DNA of 62,649 nucleotides, taken from the IMG/VR virus record IMGVR_UViG_3300018083_000030, positions 1-62,649 of that record; one strand, 5' to 3'. The notes under the pieces were generated by a model that saw nothing but the letters and a program-made list of their open reading frames with translations, was not told the origin of the DNA and made no database searches. Made by a program: the position numbers and the translations under genes. Shown here in pieces: positions 1 to 9,655 of this stretch (positions are counted from its first letter, which is position 1; each line of letters opens with the position of its first letter). This DNA comes from a virus. Lineage: Duplodnaviria > Caudoviricetes.

Positions 1-1114
1 CCTCGCGGCGCAACGATTCATCGAATTCGAGCGTCACGTCGGAAAAGCAATTGGATGTTCCCGACGCATCCATGGCGACCGCGCGCACGTGTTCCTTGCA
101 GATCTTCGACCCGACGCAATAAACGCCGCGCACGAACGCACGCACGGCCTCGAGCATTCTTTCCCGGGCATCGACTGGACAGCCCTGGAAGCAATGCGCC
201 ACCACGGTGACCATCGTGGGCAACGCCTGATAGTAGCGCCCGACGATGCCGACCGGTGCCAAGCCCTCGCCCTTGCCCGGATAGTGTCCCCACATCCATT
301 CGTTCATGGCGTCGATGACCTCGCACGTCGGCACCCCGTAGGGGGCGTGATCGCGATCACCGAATGCGCCTTCCATGAACGGATAGATCGACACCATTTG
401 CGGATCGCAACAGCCTTCGCACTCTTCGACGCAGGCCCGCGTTACGCCGGGATAGGTCGACGTCGTTTCGAGATACCATTTCAGATTGGTCGAGACGGCG
501 CTGGCGCGCTCGGCCGCGACGATGCGCGAGCGCAGCGAGTCGCACGACTCGTTATCGGACCCGCCCACCAGCCCGTTGCCGACCACGATGGCGTCAATGT
601 CGATCCCCGGATACGTGGTCGACACGATTAGCGGTGTGCCCGCCGGCATGTCGAACGCCACGCCGCCGGTGACCGACACCACGCGCAGCACGGCGCGGCC
701 GGTGTCATCGATGGTCGTGGGATTGAACGCCACCCCCGGGTCGAGCTTGTATTCCCGCGCCTCGCCTGCGAACCGGATATTGGCCGGGATGACTGCGCCA
801 GCGTCGCCGGTGATCGCGACGTAACCCTTGGATCTGGTCGCCGAGTGCAGATTGATTCCGTGCTGCGCGCCGTACACCACGAGGTTGTCGCAGCACATTG
901 TTGCCGGGTTGTTTTCCTTTAGCGCCTGCGTCACGAACCCGTGCATGGTGTTGACCGCGCCGGCCATGACAAACGCCAACACGTCCTCGGTCGACATCGG
1001 CAGCACCGGCGCGCCGCCCAGCAACCGCTTGGAAAGCTCGGTGGCGATGGCGGTTTGCAGCTGGCCGATATCCGGTCGCGGCAGCGTGCACGAAATGTCG
1101 GTGATCAAGGCCAT
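1..1114 (-). CDS. Baseplate J-like wedge protein (Mu gp47-like); C-terminal part runs off the window start
   Basis: Not in the ORF track because it has no stop in the window. Open frame from ATG 1114: MALITDISCTLPRPDIGQLQ...ATRSKGYVAITGDAGAVIPAN...LVGGSDNESCDSLRSRI...YPGVTRA. GG.D.E.D..LR.R and PGV.RA are baseplate J motifs; it follows the gp46-like gene. Confidence 0.85.
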   Translation of the reverse strand, partial: MALITDISCTLPRPDIGQLQTAIATELSKRLLGGAPVLPMSTEDVLAFVMAGAVNTMHGFVTQALKENNPATMCCDNLVVYGAQHGINLHSATRSKGYVAITGDAGAVIPANIRFAGEAREYKLDPGVAFNPTTIDDTGRAVLRVVSVTGGVAFDMPAGTPLIVSTTYPGIDIDAIVVGNGLVGGSDNESCDSLRSRIVAAERASAVSTNLKWYLETTSTYPGVTRACVEECEGCCDPQMVSIYPFMEGAFGDRDHAPYGVPTCEVIDAMNEWMWGHYPGKGEGLAPVGIVGRYYQALPTMVTVVAHCFQGCPVDARERMLEAVRAFVRGVYCVGSKICKEHVRAVAMDASGTSNCFSDVTLEFDESLRRE

Positions 1115-1129
1115 CCGGTTGCCCTCCCG

Positions 1130-1762
1130 TCACGCCACCAGCGCCCGCTGACTCAAAGGCGTCGTCGTCGTCGCCGCGCCCTGCCGGTATTCCGCCCACA
1201 GCCACGTTGCGTCGGGCATGGCCGTGCCCTGAAACACCATCTCACGGCTGATGCCCGGGCCGGTGATCTTCACTATCAGATTCATCACGTTCCGGCTCAC
1301 GTAAAACGTGCGCACGGCGAGCGTGGCGACGATGCCCCAGTCGATCAGGTAATTCAGCGCGGCCAGCGCGTAGTCCTTGGCGGTGATCAACGCTTCGTTG
1401 TTGGCGACGTGCCACTTGAGCGCCCACAGCTTCGATCCGCTGGAAAACGTGTCGGTGCGAAACGAATCCGCCCACCATCCGCCGTCGGTCTTGCCCAGAA
1501 TGTGTTCCTCGCAATCGATGTGCCCGCGCGTGAATAGCTGCGTCGTGATCCATCCCTCGATCCATTTCTCGCGGTCGATGGTGCCCAGCGCGTTGATGTG
1601 CAGCGCCGGATTGCCGCCGTAGCATTCCTGCGGACACGTCGGCGGCGAGCACTCCGGCACCCGCCGGTGCGACAGCGGCTTTTCGAAAATCGGATAATTG
1701 ACCGTGCGACAGACCGGCTTCGGCGGTGCGCACACGTTGGTGGGTCGGGCGAGTGGTGCCAT
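1130..1762 (-). CDS. Mu gp46-like baseplate/sheath-initiator protein
   Basis: GGWWADSF...GSKLWAL...AKDYALAALNYLIDWG matches the Mu gp46 pattern; sits upstream of baseplate J. Confidence 0.85.
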   Translation of the reverse strand: MAPLARPTNVCAPPKPVCRTVNYPIFEKPLSHRRVPECSPPTCPQECYGGNPALHINALGTIDREKWIEGWITTQLFTRGHIDCEEHILGKTDGGWWADSFRTDTFSSGSKLWALKWHVANNEALITAKDYALAALNYLIDWGIVATLAVRTFYVSRNVMNLIVKITGPGISREMVFQGTAMPDATWLWAEYRQGAATTTTPLSQRALVA

Positions 1763-1773
1763 GACTTCCCCCT

Positions 1774-2550
1774 TTACGGATACGGATATCGTACTATCAC
1801 GATGCCCGCGATGCCGCTGCCGCCGAAGTTGCCGCCGTATGCACCCCAGCCGCCGCCACCGTAGCCGGATCCGCTATTGCTGCCGCCGGAGGTGCCGCCC
1901 AGTCCATAGTTGACGGCGGTGCCGGTGATCGAACTCGACCGCGCAGCGCCGCCGACGTAGCTCGGGGCGTTGCCACCAGCGCCGCCGCCGCCGCCGCCGT
2001 AGCCGCCACCGTTCCATTCCATGCCGTTGCCGCCTTGGCTGCCGATGCCGTAGCTGTAGCCGAAATTATTGTACGCGGTGCCGCCGCCGCAGCCGCCATC
2101 CATGCCTCGCTGTGAGTAGTACAGATTATCACCGGCGCTGTTCCACACGCACTGCGAACCGCCGCCGCCGCCGATCGCGGTGCCGATGCCGGCGATGTTG
2201 GAAGACCCGCCGTTGGCTCCGATATAGGTCGCCGGGCCAGCGCCAACACCGCCAGCGCCGACGCCAACCGAATAAGATCCGACGCCGCGCGCTACCGTGC
2301 CGATGAGTATGCCACCGGCCCCGCCGCCGCCGGCATATGCACCGGCGTTGTCGGAATACCCGCCGCCGGCACCGCCGGCCAGGATGAGATAATCGAGCGT
2401 CACCAACCCCGGCGCGGAAACGATGACAAGCGATCCGCTAGTGGTGAACGTGTGGACTCTGAAACCCGTAATGTCGGTGATGACGCCGCCGGTGGCCACG
2501 ACGGGGCCACCTAGCGGAATGCCGACAGGAAGCGGCCCGACCGGAAACAT
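1774..2550 (-). CDS. Glycine-rich tail fibre/receptor-binding-associated protein
   Basis: Likely start ATG 2550 (MFPVGPLP) overlapping the upstream stop. Contains ATGG...HTFTTSG...YLILAGGAGGG...GGGGAGG...GIVIVRY, a glycine-rich phage fibre domain. Confidence 0.7.
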   Translation of the reverse strand: MFPVGPLPVGIPLGGPVVATGGVITDITGFRVHTFTTSGSLVIVSAPGLVTLDYLILAGGAGGGYSDNAGAYAGGGGAGGILIGTVARGVGSYSVGVGAGGVGAGPATYIGANGGSSNIAGIGTAIGGGGGSQCVWNSAGDNLYYSQRGMDGGCGGGTAYNNFGYSYGIGSQGGNGMEWNGGGYGGGGGGAGGNAPSYVGGAARSSSITGTAVNYGLGGTSGGSNSGSGYGGGGWGAYGGNFGGSGIAGIVIVRYPYP

Positions 2551-3044
2551 CAGAGATTGATTCCTTTCGCCGCGCCCACCAGATCGTAGGTCGTTCCACT
2601 CCACCGGAACACGATGTGATCGCGCACAGTGCCGCTCGACCACGTGCTTTGCGTGTAGTTGGCGAGCCCTTTGAAATTGCTGCCGAAGGTAACAGCACCG
2701 GCCGCCGTCATGGTGATCGTGATCGACACGAAGATGCCGACCGCTGGATTCGCCGATGGGTTGGCGATGACGAATGCAGCGGCCACCGCAGCGGTGAACG
2801 CTTGCACCTGGGCGAGCGAGAAATCGGCCGGGACGCTGCTAGCGATAGCAACGGGAGGCGGCGCGATATCGATCCACGTCGCGTTGCGGCGCGCATAGGA
2901 TTTGCCATCGTTCGGTGCCTCGGGCACCGTGTTGCCGACGCCGCCTTGCATCACCCACGCATAGCCGTTGTAAGTGTAGGTCGGACCTCCGGCCGGTGTG
3001 AACACCTGTCCGTTCGTTGGCGAACTTGGAAAATCGAAAGCCAT
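2550..3044 (-). CDS. Small fibre adaptor protein with N-terminal FP.SP..GQ motif and foldon-like motif
   Basis: Start MAFDFPSSPTNGQ (ATG 3044). VPEAPNDGKSYARRNATW resembles the T4 fibritin foldon. Confidence 0.65.
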   Translation of the reverse strand: MAFDFPSSPTNGQVFTPAGGPTYTYNGYAWVMQGGVGNTVPEAPNDGKSYARRNATWIDIAPPPVAIASSVPADFSLAQVQAFTAAVAAAFVIANPSANPAVGIFVSITITMTAAGAVTFGSNFKGLANYTQSTWSSGTVRDHIVFRWSGTTYDLVGAAKGINL

Positions 3045-3045
3045 T

Positions 3046-4347
3046 CTATGCCCCCCAGCGCGAACAGTTGATCGGCACCGGACCAATGAACGGCCCATCG
3101 AAGTTTAGATTCCAGCCGTGATTTTGAAGGTAGGCACAGGCAAGCACCGAAATTTGCATGTTGCTTCCAATCCCCGCGTATGGGCCAAGCATCCCTGTCG
3201 GCGGCGCGGCATTGGGATTGCCGTTGTACGTTGGTGCATTCCAATTGCCGTTGGTTGTGATGTTGCGCATGGCGCACATGCCCAAGCTGGTGTCGATATA
3301 GAATCCCAGCCAATCACCAGACGCGAACGGCGGATAGTTCGCATAGCCCGTTCCGGCGGCGTAAAAAGTTCCTGTACCGCCCCACCCGACCGAATTGGTG
3401 TTTTGTCCGGGGTAATAACTCGACGGGGCCTCAAAGCCCAAATAGGACGCGCCAACCCCAATGATGCAGTTGTTTGAATCGCCCCCGAACGATTGCGCCT
3501 CGAAATACTTGCGGCCGGTGCGCACGTGTGGCTGTGACATGACCGTCCAATAGGCGGCGGTGGCGAAAGTCTTTGTGACGGTCAGATTGTTGTTGCTGAA
3601 CGCAAAGATCGGACCTCCGTTTGCAGCCGGTAGCTGGCGGTGCGGGTCCATGATGGTCTTCGACTCGGCCGCGACCGTGCCGGCAATCGTGGTGCCGGTC
3701 TTGTTGACGCCGTAGAGGTGGAACGTGCCGGCGGTGATGTTGCCGCCGGTGTTCATAATCCGAATCGCGTTGAATGCGCCGGTGTCGAGGATGTAGCTGC
3801 CGCTACCATCAAAGCCGGCGAGGCCATCGGTCGGGTTGCGCAAATGGCTTTTGTAAAAAAACGGTTTGAAGACTCCGGCTATTTGCGGGGTGAAAAATCG
3901 AACGGTGCCGAACACGGAAAATCCTGTTCCCGCCGTGTGCGCTCCCGTGATTTGCAATTGCGCTTGGTTGGCAAAGAAATTGACTGACCCGGCAGCGGCA
4001 TACGGAGCGTAGACTTGGCCCATGTGATAGCTGCTGGCGGCACCCTTGAATGTTGCGCCGCCGTCCTGGCTGATCCTGATCGCGAACGCGCCGTTGGCTG
4101 CACATTGCGCGCCGAAAAAATGCAATTCGTATTCGTCAAAAGTGCCGTCGATTCCCTTTGTGAAATCGACCGCCGCCACCGCGCTCGACACCACGCGCGA
4201 ATCAATCAACACGAGTTGCCCAGCGGGCATGACACCACCCAAGCCGCCGGGATCAATGATCCAGCCCAGACCGTTCCAGCGCCATCGCTTGCCGCCGAAA
4301 TCGTAGGTCTGGCCGACCAGCGGCGAGGCGGGGAAATCTAGCGGCAT
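3046..4347 (-). CDS. Putative receptor-binding protein with C-terminal SPRY/B30.2-like beta-sandwich
   Basis: N-terminus MPLDFPASPLVGQTY..RWRWNG. C-terminus FSNNNLTVT...TGRKYFE...IIGV...NSVGW...FASGDWLGFYID is SPRY-like. Confidence 0.65.
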   Translation of the reverse strand: MPLDFPASPLVGQTYDFGGKRWRWNGLGWIIDPGGLGGVMPAGQLVLIDSRVVSSAVAAVDFTKGIDGTFDEYELHFFGAQCAANGAFAIRISQDGGATFKGAASSYHMGQVYAPYAAAGSVNFFANQAQLQITGAHTAGTGFSVFGTVRFFTPQIAGVFKPFFYKSHLRNPTDGLAGFDGSGSYILDTGAFNAIRIMNTGGNITAGTFHLYGVNKTGTTIAGTVAAESKTIMDPHRQLPAANGGPIFAFSNNNLTVTKTFATAAYWTVMSQPHVRTGRKYFEAQSFGGDSNNCIIGVGASYLGFEAPSSYYPGQNTNSVGWGGTGTFYAAGTGYANYPPFASGDWLGFYIDTSLGMCAMRNITTNGNWNAPTYNGNPNAAPPTGMLGPYAGIGSNMQISVLACAYLQNHGWNLNFDGPFIGPVPINCSRWGA

Positions 4348-4357
4348 GTGATCACCA

Positions 4358-7264
4358 TCATGCTGCGATCTCCATCACCTGAAGCGTCGCGCGTTGCGTG
4401 CCGCCCAGATAGCGATTGGCGGCATAGCCGTTGACGTACACGTTATTGGCAGTGCCAGTTTGAAGATTGCCGTACCGTATTTTGAATGTTGTCGCAGCCG
4501 TAGAGCCGGCCGCAATTTCGACGTCCAAATTCATCGAACAGACATAGCCCGCGCCAGGAGTGGTAACGCAACTCGATGCGATGGCGTTGGCCGTTCCATC
4601 TCTAAACGCCGACACCTGTATCCCAGCGTTCAGGCCGCAAGCCATTGGAGCATTGAAGTGCAGCCGCAGTTTGTTGGTCGCCGCCTTCGGGGAAATCGAA
4701 ACCGTCAGCAATTCCGTCCCGCTCGATTGCTGCGGCACCGCGTCAATGACGCCAGCAAAGACGGCCGACGTGCTGGTGAGGGCGGTATATTCCGCATAGA
4801 CCGATTGCACGACGGTGCCGGCCGCCACGGCGTTGGCCGGCCCGGTTTCGATCCACGTCGATGAAAGCGCGCTAACGTGATAGGTGTACGAAATCCCGCT
4901 GGTGTCATCCAGCCATTGCATGCCCTCGGTCGGTGAAGCGGGCGGCGTCGAGGACACGGTGAGGCCGCCGCCGCCGGTAGGAGCAACACCGCCGCCGCCA
5001 CCGACCGCCACCCATTGCGACGAATTGGCGTCGGTCACGTACAGGAAAAGGATACCGGAATCGCTTTCCCACCATAGCGCGCCAGCGGTCGGCGACGCCG
5101 GTGGCGTGTCCGATATCGTGATCGATGCGCCGCTCGCCGCCGCGAGCGCCGCCGCTATGGCCGCCTGCACGAACGCGGTGCTGGCGGCGGTCGTGTCGTT
5201 GTCGCTGGTCGCCGCCGTCGGCACGCGCGGATCGCCAGTGAACACCGGCGAGGCCAGCGGCGCATAGGCCGACAAGTCAATCGACAGCGTGCCGCTGACC
5301 AGCGACAGCGGCGCGTTGGCCGTGACCACGCCGGCCGGACCCTGCGGCCCCTGGATGCCCTGCGTTCCGGGCGGGCCTTGCGTGCCGGTGTCGCCCTTCG
5401 GTCCCTGTGAACCCGTCGTGCCGGCCGGGCCTTGGATTCCCTGATCGCCCTTTGGTCCCTGTGCGCCCGTCGTGCCGGCCGGACCCTGCGGACCCTGCGA
5501 ACCGGGCGGGCCTTGGATCGAGCCGCCCGACACCCACGCCGTGCCGTCCCAGATCCACAGGCTATCGTCGGCCTGGACGATGTAGGCGTCGCCTTGGGTG
5601 TTGCCGCTCGCCGGCAAGTCCCCCGACGTCGCGACCGACCCTTGCATGGTGATGCCGGTGCCGGCCTCGCCCTGCGCCCCTTGGACACCCTGCGGCCCCT
5701 GCGGACCCTCCGGCCCGGCTGGTCCGGGAACGGTGCTTGCCGCCCCCTGCGCGCCCTGTGGGCCGGTTGGACCTTCCGGCCCTGCCGGACCTACCGGCCC
5801 GACCGTTCCCGGCGTCCCTGGGCTTCCCTGGGTGCCCTGTGGCCCTTGTATGCCCTGCGGACCCGCCGGCCCGGTGCCCCCCTGTGCGCCGGTTGCTCCT
5901 GCCGGCCCGACCGGCCCGACCGGGCCGACCGGCCCCGGTTGCCCGTTGGCGGCCACCCATTGCGTCGAGGTGCCGTCCCAGTAGGACACGTAAAGCGCCC
6001 CGGAATCGCTTTCCCACCACAGCAGCCCGGGGGTTGGTGTTGGCGGCGGCGTGTCCGCAATCGTCACCCCGCCGGCCCCGTCCTCGCCGGCTGGCCCAGC
6101 TGGCCCGGGCGGCCCCTGCGGTCCCTGTGGCCCGGGCGGTCCCGGGACACCCTCGCCGCCGCCGCCGGTGGCGTGGCTGGTCAAGTTGCCCAGCGCGTCG
6201 AGGTACAGCGGCTCGGCGATGGCGAGCGCCAGCGCGTCCTCGGCGTCGAGGTAGAACGGTTTTTTATAGGTCAGCGTGATGTTGGCACCGGTGACCTTGA
6301 CCGGTGGGCTGGCGGTGGGCGGTGCGCCGCCGCCACCGCTAATGATTTGCCCCATCTGGTTTTGCAGCTGGGCGACCGCTGCGCCGACTCCCAGCAACGA
6401 TACGACTCCGTCCTTGCTGGTCGCCTGCCACGGCTTCGTTCCGTCCGGCCCTTTCGCCAGTCCGATTTCGCCGCCCTCGCCGCCTTCGGCGAACGCCGCC
6501 GCCATGTTGTCGTCGTAGGCGTCGAACGTCACCGCGTCCTGCGCTGGTGTCACCGACGCATTGCCGCCGGCCCGGTGATCGCGGGCGTGGTGGATGGCAC
6601 CGACGTAAACGCCACCCGACGCCTCGAGATAGACCTTGCCGTCGACCTTTTGCTTGTGCTCCTTCGTGGCGAATTGCGTGCCGTTCGCCGCCTTCACGTC
6701 GAAGTTGCCTTGGGTGTTGTAGCCCTGGCCCTTGTCGGCGTTGTTCTTGAACACGCTTTTCGTGGTGCCGCTGACTTTCTGGTCCTTGCCGTCCCAGTGC
6801 ATGCCGGCGACTCGACCTGAGTCTTTGGTCTGCCCCGGCTCGGGATCGTCACCGCCGCCACCGTTGCCGCCGCCGGCACCGTTGCCGCCGCCTTTTTTTT
6901 CCTTCTTGTGCCGGATGAACAATTTCTTGTCGTCGGGCGAATAATTAAACGCTTCGTTTTCGTCCGGCTGCGGATGTTCCTCGCGGTCGCCGATCACCCA
7001 CGCCACGACGCGGCGCGATGAATCGCCGCCGACGTCCATCGTGAACACTTCCATTTTTTCGGAAGGCTTGACGTGCGCGACGTAGCCGACCGGGTGCAGC
7101 ACGTCGAGCTTGTCGTTCTCGATCTTGGATCCGGTGATGACGCGAGCGCGTAACAGCTTGCCGTCGTTGTAGACCTTTTTCAGATATCCGCGCCGAACGT
7201 AGTTGCGCACCTTGTGCGACAGGTGCAGCACGTGTTCCCATGATAGCGAGGGATTGCTTGACAT
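4358..7264 (-). CDS. Baseplate central spike (Mu gp45-like N-terminus) fused to a collagen-like fibre
   Basis: N-terminal [10 protein letters not shown]...[15 protein letters not shown]...DRE is gp45-like; follows the gp44 hub gene. Long Gly-X-Y runs and three TPP.SP..G.LWW.SDSG modules. Confidence 0.75.
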   Translation of the reverse strand: MSSNPSLSWEHVLHLSHKVRNYVRRGYLKKVYNDGKLLRARVITGSKIENDKLDVLHPVGYVAHVKPSEKMEVFTMDVGGDSSRRVVAWVIGDREEHPQPDENEAFNYSPDDKKLFIRHKKEKKGGGNGAGGGNGGGGDDPEPGQTKDSGRVAGMHWDGKDQKVSGTTKSVFKNNADKGQGYNTQGNFDVKAANGTQFATKEHKQKVDGKVYLEASGGVYVGAIHHARDHRAGGNASVTPAQDAVTFDAYDDNMAAAFAEGGEGGEIGLAKGPDGTKPWQATSKDGVVSLLGVGAAVAQLQNQMGQIISGGGGAPPTASPPVKVTGANITLTYKKPFYLDAEDALALAIAEPLYLDALGNLTSHATGGGGEGVPGPPGPQGPQGPPGPAGPAGEDGAGGVTIADTPPPTPTPGLLWWESDSGALYVSYWDGTSTQWVAANGQPGPVGPVGPVGPAGATGAQGGTGPAGPQGIQGPQGTQGSPGTPGTVGPVGPAGPEGPTGPQGAQGAASTVPGPAGPEGPQGPQGVQGAQGEAGTGITMQGSVATSGDLPASGNTQGDAYIVQADDSLWIWDGTAWVSGGSIQGPPGSQGPQGPAGTTGAQGPKGDQGIQGPAGTTGSQGPKGDTGTQGPPGTQGIQGPQGPAGVVTANAPLSLVSGTLSIDLSAYAPLASPVFTGDPRVPTAATSDNDTTAASTAFVQAAIAAALAAASGASITISDTPPASPTAGALWWESDSGILFLYVTDANSSQWVAVGGGGGVAPTGGGGLTVSSTPPASPTEGMQWLDDTSGISYTYHVSALSSTWIETGPANAVAAGTVVQSVYAEYTALTSTSAVFAGVIDAVPQQSSGTELLTVSISPKAATNKLRLHFNAPMACGLNAGIQVSAFRDGTANAIASSCVTTPGAGYVCSMNLDVEIAAGSTAATTFKIRYGNLQTGTANNVYVNGYAANRYLGGTQRATLQVMEIAA

Positions 7265-8386
7265 CTATTCGCCCCCCGACGTCATGCCCGAAGACATGAA
7301 GCTGCCGCCGCCGCCGGCCGATCCGCCTTCCTCGCCGCCGCCGCCCTCTTCGTCGCCGAACGAATCCTTCGGCTTCAATGTCAGCGTGGCGGTGCGCGTG
7401 TCCTTGTCCATGTCGAACGACACGGTCGAGATTTGCAACATGTCGGCCACGCCGTCGACCGGAATCGTGACGTGATGGAGCTTGCCGACTTTCCACAGCT
7501 GGCCGCCGTCGTCGGACCATGTCGACATTGTCAGCGTGACGTCGAGGCCCGCGCCCTTGCGCCGCTTGGCCTCGCCCATGGCGCGCTTTTTCAATGTCTG
7601 TTTGTCGTGATCGGAATCGATGAGCATGTGGAATTCGCGTTTATATTTGACGTAGGGATCCTTGGCTTCGCCGACCAATTCCTCGGCCTCCTTCCCGTAC
7701 TTCTTATCGGTCGGCACCGAATTGCCCTTGGCCTTCACGTCGGAATAGCGCGGCGACATGTCCCGCTTGGTCGACCATTGGAAAAAATTGCGGCCCAGCA
7801 CCAGCGGTTGCCCGCTGCCTTCGTCGCTGCCCTTCTTCGACAGCACGACGTTGCCCTGTTCGTTTTCGGTAAACGTCAGATTGAATTCGCGGCAAGCGCG
7901 GCGCATGGCGCGCTCGACCGACTCCCCCTCTTGGATGATGAAGCGTTCCAGCTGCCGGCTTTCGCCGCTCTTGTCCTCCAGCTTCGGCTCATATCCTTCC
8001 ATTAGTTTTTTGCTGATCTTGCCCGGCGACTTTTTGTTCTCTTGCCCGCTCGGGTGATCGGCGTGGCTGTCGACAATGGACGACGCCAGCCCGCGAAACG
8101 ATATGTCGACGTTGTATGACGAGTCGGATCCGTGCGAGGTGCGGCTGTCAACGCGGAACGTGCACGCCAGCTGCCCGTCGAGCATAAGCACGCCGCGCAC
8201 GCCGTCGATGATGGCCTGAATCGGTGCGGCCGCCGCCGCCGCCATTTCCGCGCCCGGCCAGGAGAACGTGACGGTGCCGCTCGACGTCGCGTCTTCCTTG
8301 TTGCGCTTGAACGACAGTTTCAGAAAGTTGCCGTAGTCGCCGCCGGCAATGGTGATGAATGCGGATCCCGCTAGTTCGTTGGGCAT
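7265..8386 (-). CDS. Baseplate hub (Mu gp44/GpP-like)
   Basis: F.IQEGESV..AMRRAC, LVLGRN...D.SPRYSDV..KG, W.DDGGQLWKVG; Mu gene order gp43-gp44-gp45. Confidence 0.8.
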   Translation of the reverse strand: MPNELAGSAFITIAGGDYGNFLKLSFKRNKEDATSSGTVTFSWPGAEMAAAAAAPIQAIIDGVRGVLMLDGQLACTFRVDSRTSHGSDSSYNVDISFRGLASSIVDSHADHPSGQENKKSPGKISKKLMEGYEPKLEDKSGESRQLERFIIQEGESVERAMRRACREFNLTFTENEQGNVVLSKKGSDEGSGQPLVLGRNFFQWSTKRDMSPRYSDVKAKGNSVPTDKKYGKEAEELVGEAKDPYVKYKREFHMLIDSDHDKQTLKKRAMGEAKRRKGAGLDVTLTMSTWSDDGGQLWKVGKLHHVTIPVDGVADMLQISTVSFDMDKDTRTATLTLKPKDSFGDEEGGGGEEGGSAGGGGSFMSSGMTSGGE

Positions 8387-8389
8387 GGG

Positions 8390-9652
8390 TCAACTCGCCG
8401 GTGCGACTATCTCGCGGCCGATATAAAACGGCACCATGTGCGTGTTGTAGCTTTCGATTTGCTGGTATCGCCGGCCGTCGACGTAGAGCTTGTGCGACAC
8501 CACGACCGACGGCCATTGCCCGTGAACCGACGACGTGACGATGCCCGGCAATCGAATGTTTTTCATCAGGATGCCGCGCGCGGCGTCGGCGCGAGCTCGC
8601 CTGATAGCGGTCACCAGCACGTCGTAGCAGCTGCGCGCCGCCAGCAACTCTTCGTCGTCATACACCGCCATCACGAAATCGAGCGCCAGGATTGCCTCGG
8701 ACACGCTTTGGTAGGTCGACTGCGCCGCCGTCAGCGCGTAGTCGCGAATCAGCGATAGTCGCGCCGCGACGATCAGGCTTTCGACGCTGGCGGTGCCGTC
8801 GGCTTGCTCGACCACGAATGCGTTGAATGCGTGCAATCGCTTCATGGCGTCGAGGTGCAGGCGTCGAATCGTTGCAGTGCCTTCGGTGATCGGTGCCACC
8901 ACGCCGTCGAATGTGATGTAACCGGCCTTTGTCACCGTGACGTCGAACGTGGCGGTGCTGTCGTCGGGCGTCGATCCGGCATAGGGAATCGCCGACCATT
9001 GCCGCATGGCTTGGGGCGCTGGCATGGCGAGCATTTCCAGCGTGGTCGCCGGCATCGGCTGGGCGCGACCCTCGAGCACCGATATCACGTCGAACGATTC
9101 TTCGTCGCTGGCCGGCGCGACCAGCGTGGCGAGGTTTAGATCGATGGCGCGTGCCGCCTCGACCGCGTTGGCGTTGGCGTTCCACGTGGCGCGCAGCTTC
9201 GACGCTTCAATGGCCGCCGACCCCGATTGATACATGGAGTCGACCGACGACCCCATCAGATACGGGGCCATGCTCGAATGCGCTTCGACGAAATCGAAAT
9301 CGAGCTTCGTGCGCTTTATGTCTTTGCGATAGTCGGCCGACATGCGCAGCGTGACGCATGCGACTTGCTGGCCGCCGAACATGGGGTGCACCAGCGTGCC
9401 GGGCTGTGGCGATTCCGCCGCCCGCGCCATGCGCGCCGACTGTTCGATCTGATCGGACCCGATGAGATATCCGGTGACCTTAAAGCGCCGGATCTTGCGC
9501 CCCAGATCCTTGTAGCCGGTGTCTTCCGACAACGGGTATTCATACTGGTCCCCGCGCCGACCGAATTCATCGTCGGTCGTTTCGCACAGGAACGGAACGC
9601 CTTTCCACGAGGCGTCGCGATAGGTCGGGATTTCGCAACCGGGTGCTGCCAT
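8390..9652 (-). CDS. Mu gp43/GpN-like DNA circularisation / tube-initiator protein
   Basis: RDASWKGVPF...GRRGDQYEYP...YKDLGRKIRRF...PGTLVHPMFG is the characteristic N-terminus. Confidence 0.9.
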   Translation of the reverse strand: MAAPGCEIPTYRDASWKGVPFLCETTDDEFGRRGDQYEYPLSEDTGYKDLGRKIRRFKVTGYLIGSDQIEQSARMARAAESPQPGTLVHPMFGGQQVACVTLRMSADYRKDIKRTKLDFDFVEAHSSMAPYLMGSSVDSMYQSGSAAIEASKLRATWNANANAVEAARAIDLNLATLVAPASDEESFDVISVLEGRAQPMPATTLEMLAMPAPQAMRQWSAIPYAGSTPDDSTATFDVTVTKAGYITFDGVVAPITEGTATIRRLHLDAMKRLHAFNAFVVEQADGTASVESLIVAARLSLIRDYALTAAQSTYQSVSEAILALDFVMAVYDDEELLAARSCYDVLVTAIRRARADAARGILMKNIRLPGIVTSSVHGQWPSVVVSHKLYVDGRRYQQIESYNTHMVPFYIGREIVAPAS

Positions 9653-9655
9653 GGC

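Noticed and set aside
5330-5945. DNA direct repeats as a mobile or regulatory element
   Set aside because: Explained by Gly-X-Y collagen coding.
1774-7264. Diversity-generating retroelement acting on fibre tips
   Set aside because: No reverse transcriptase and no template/variable repeat pair seen.
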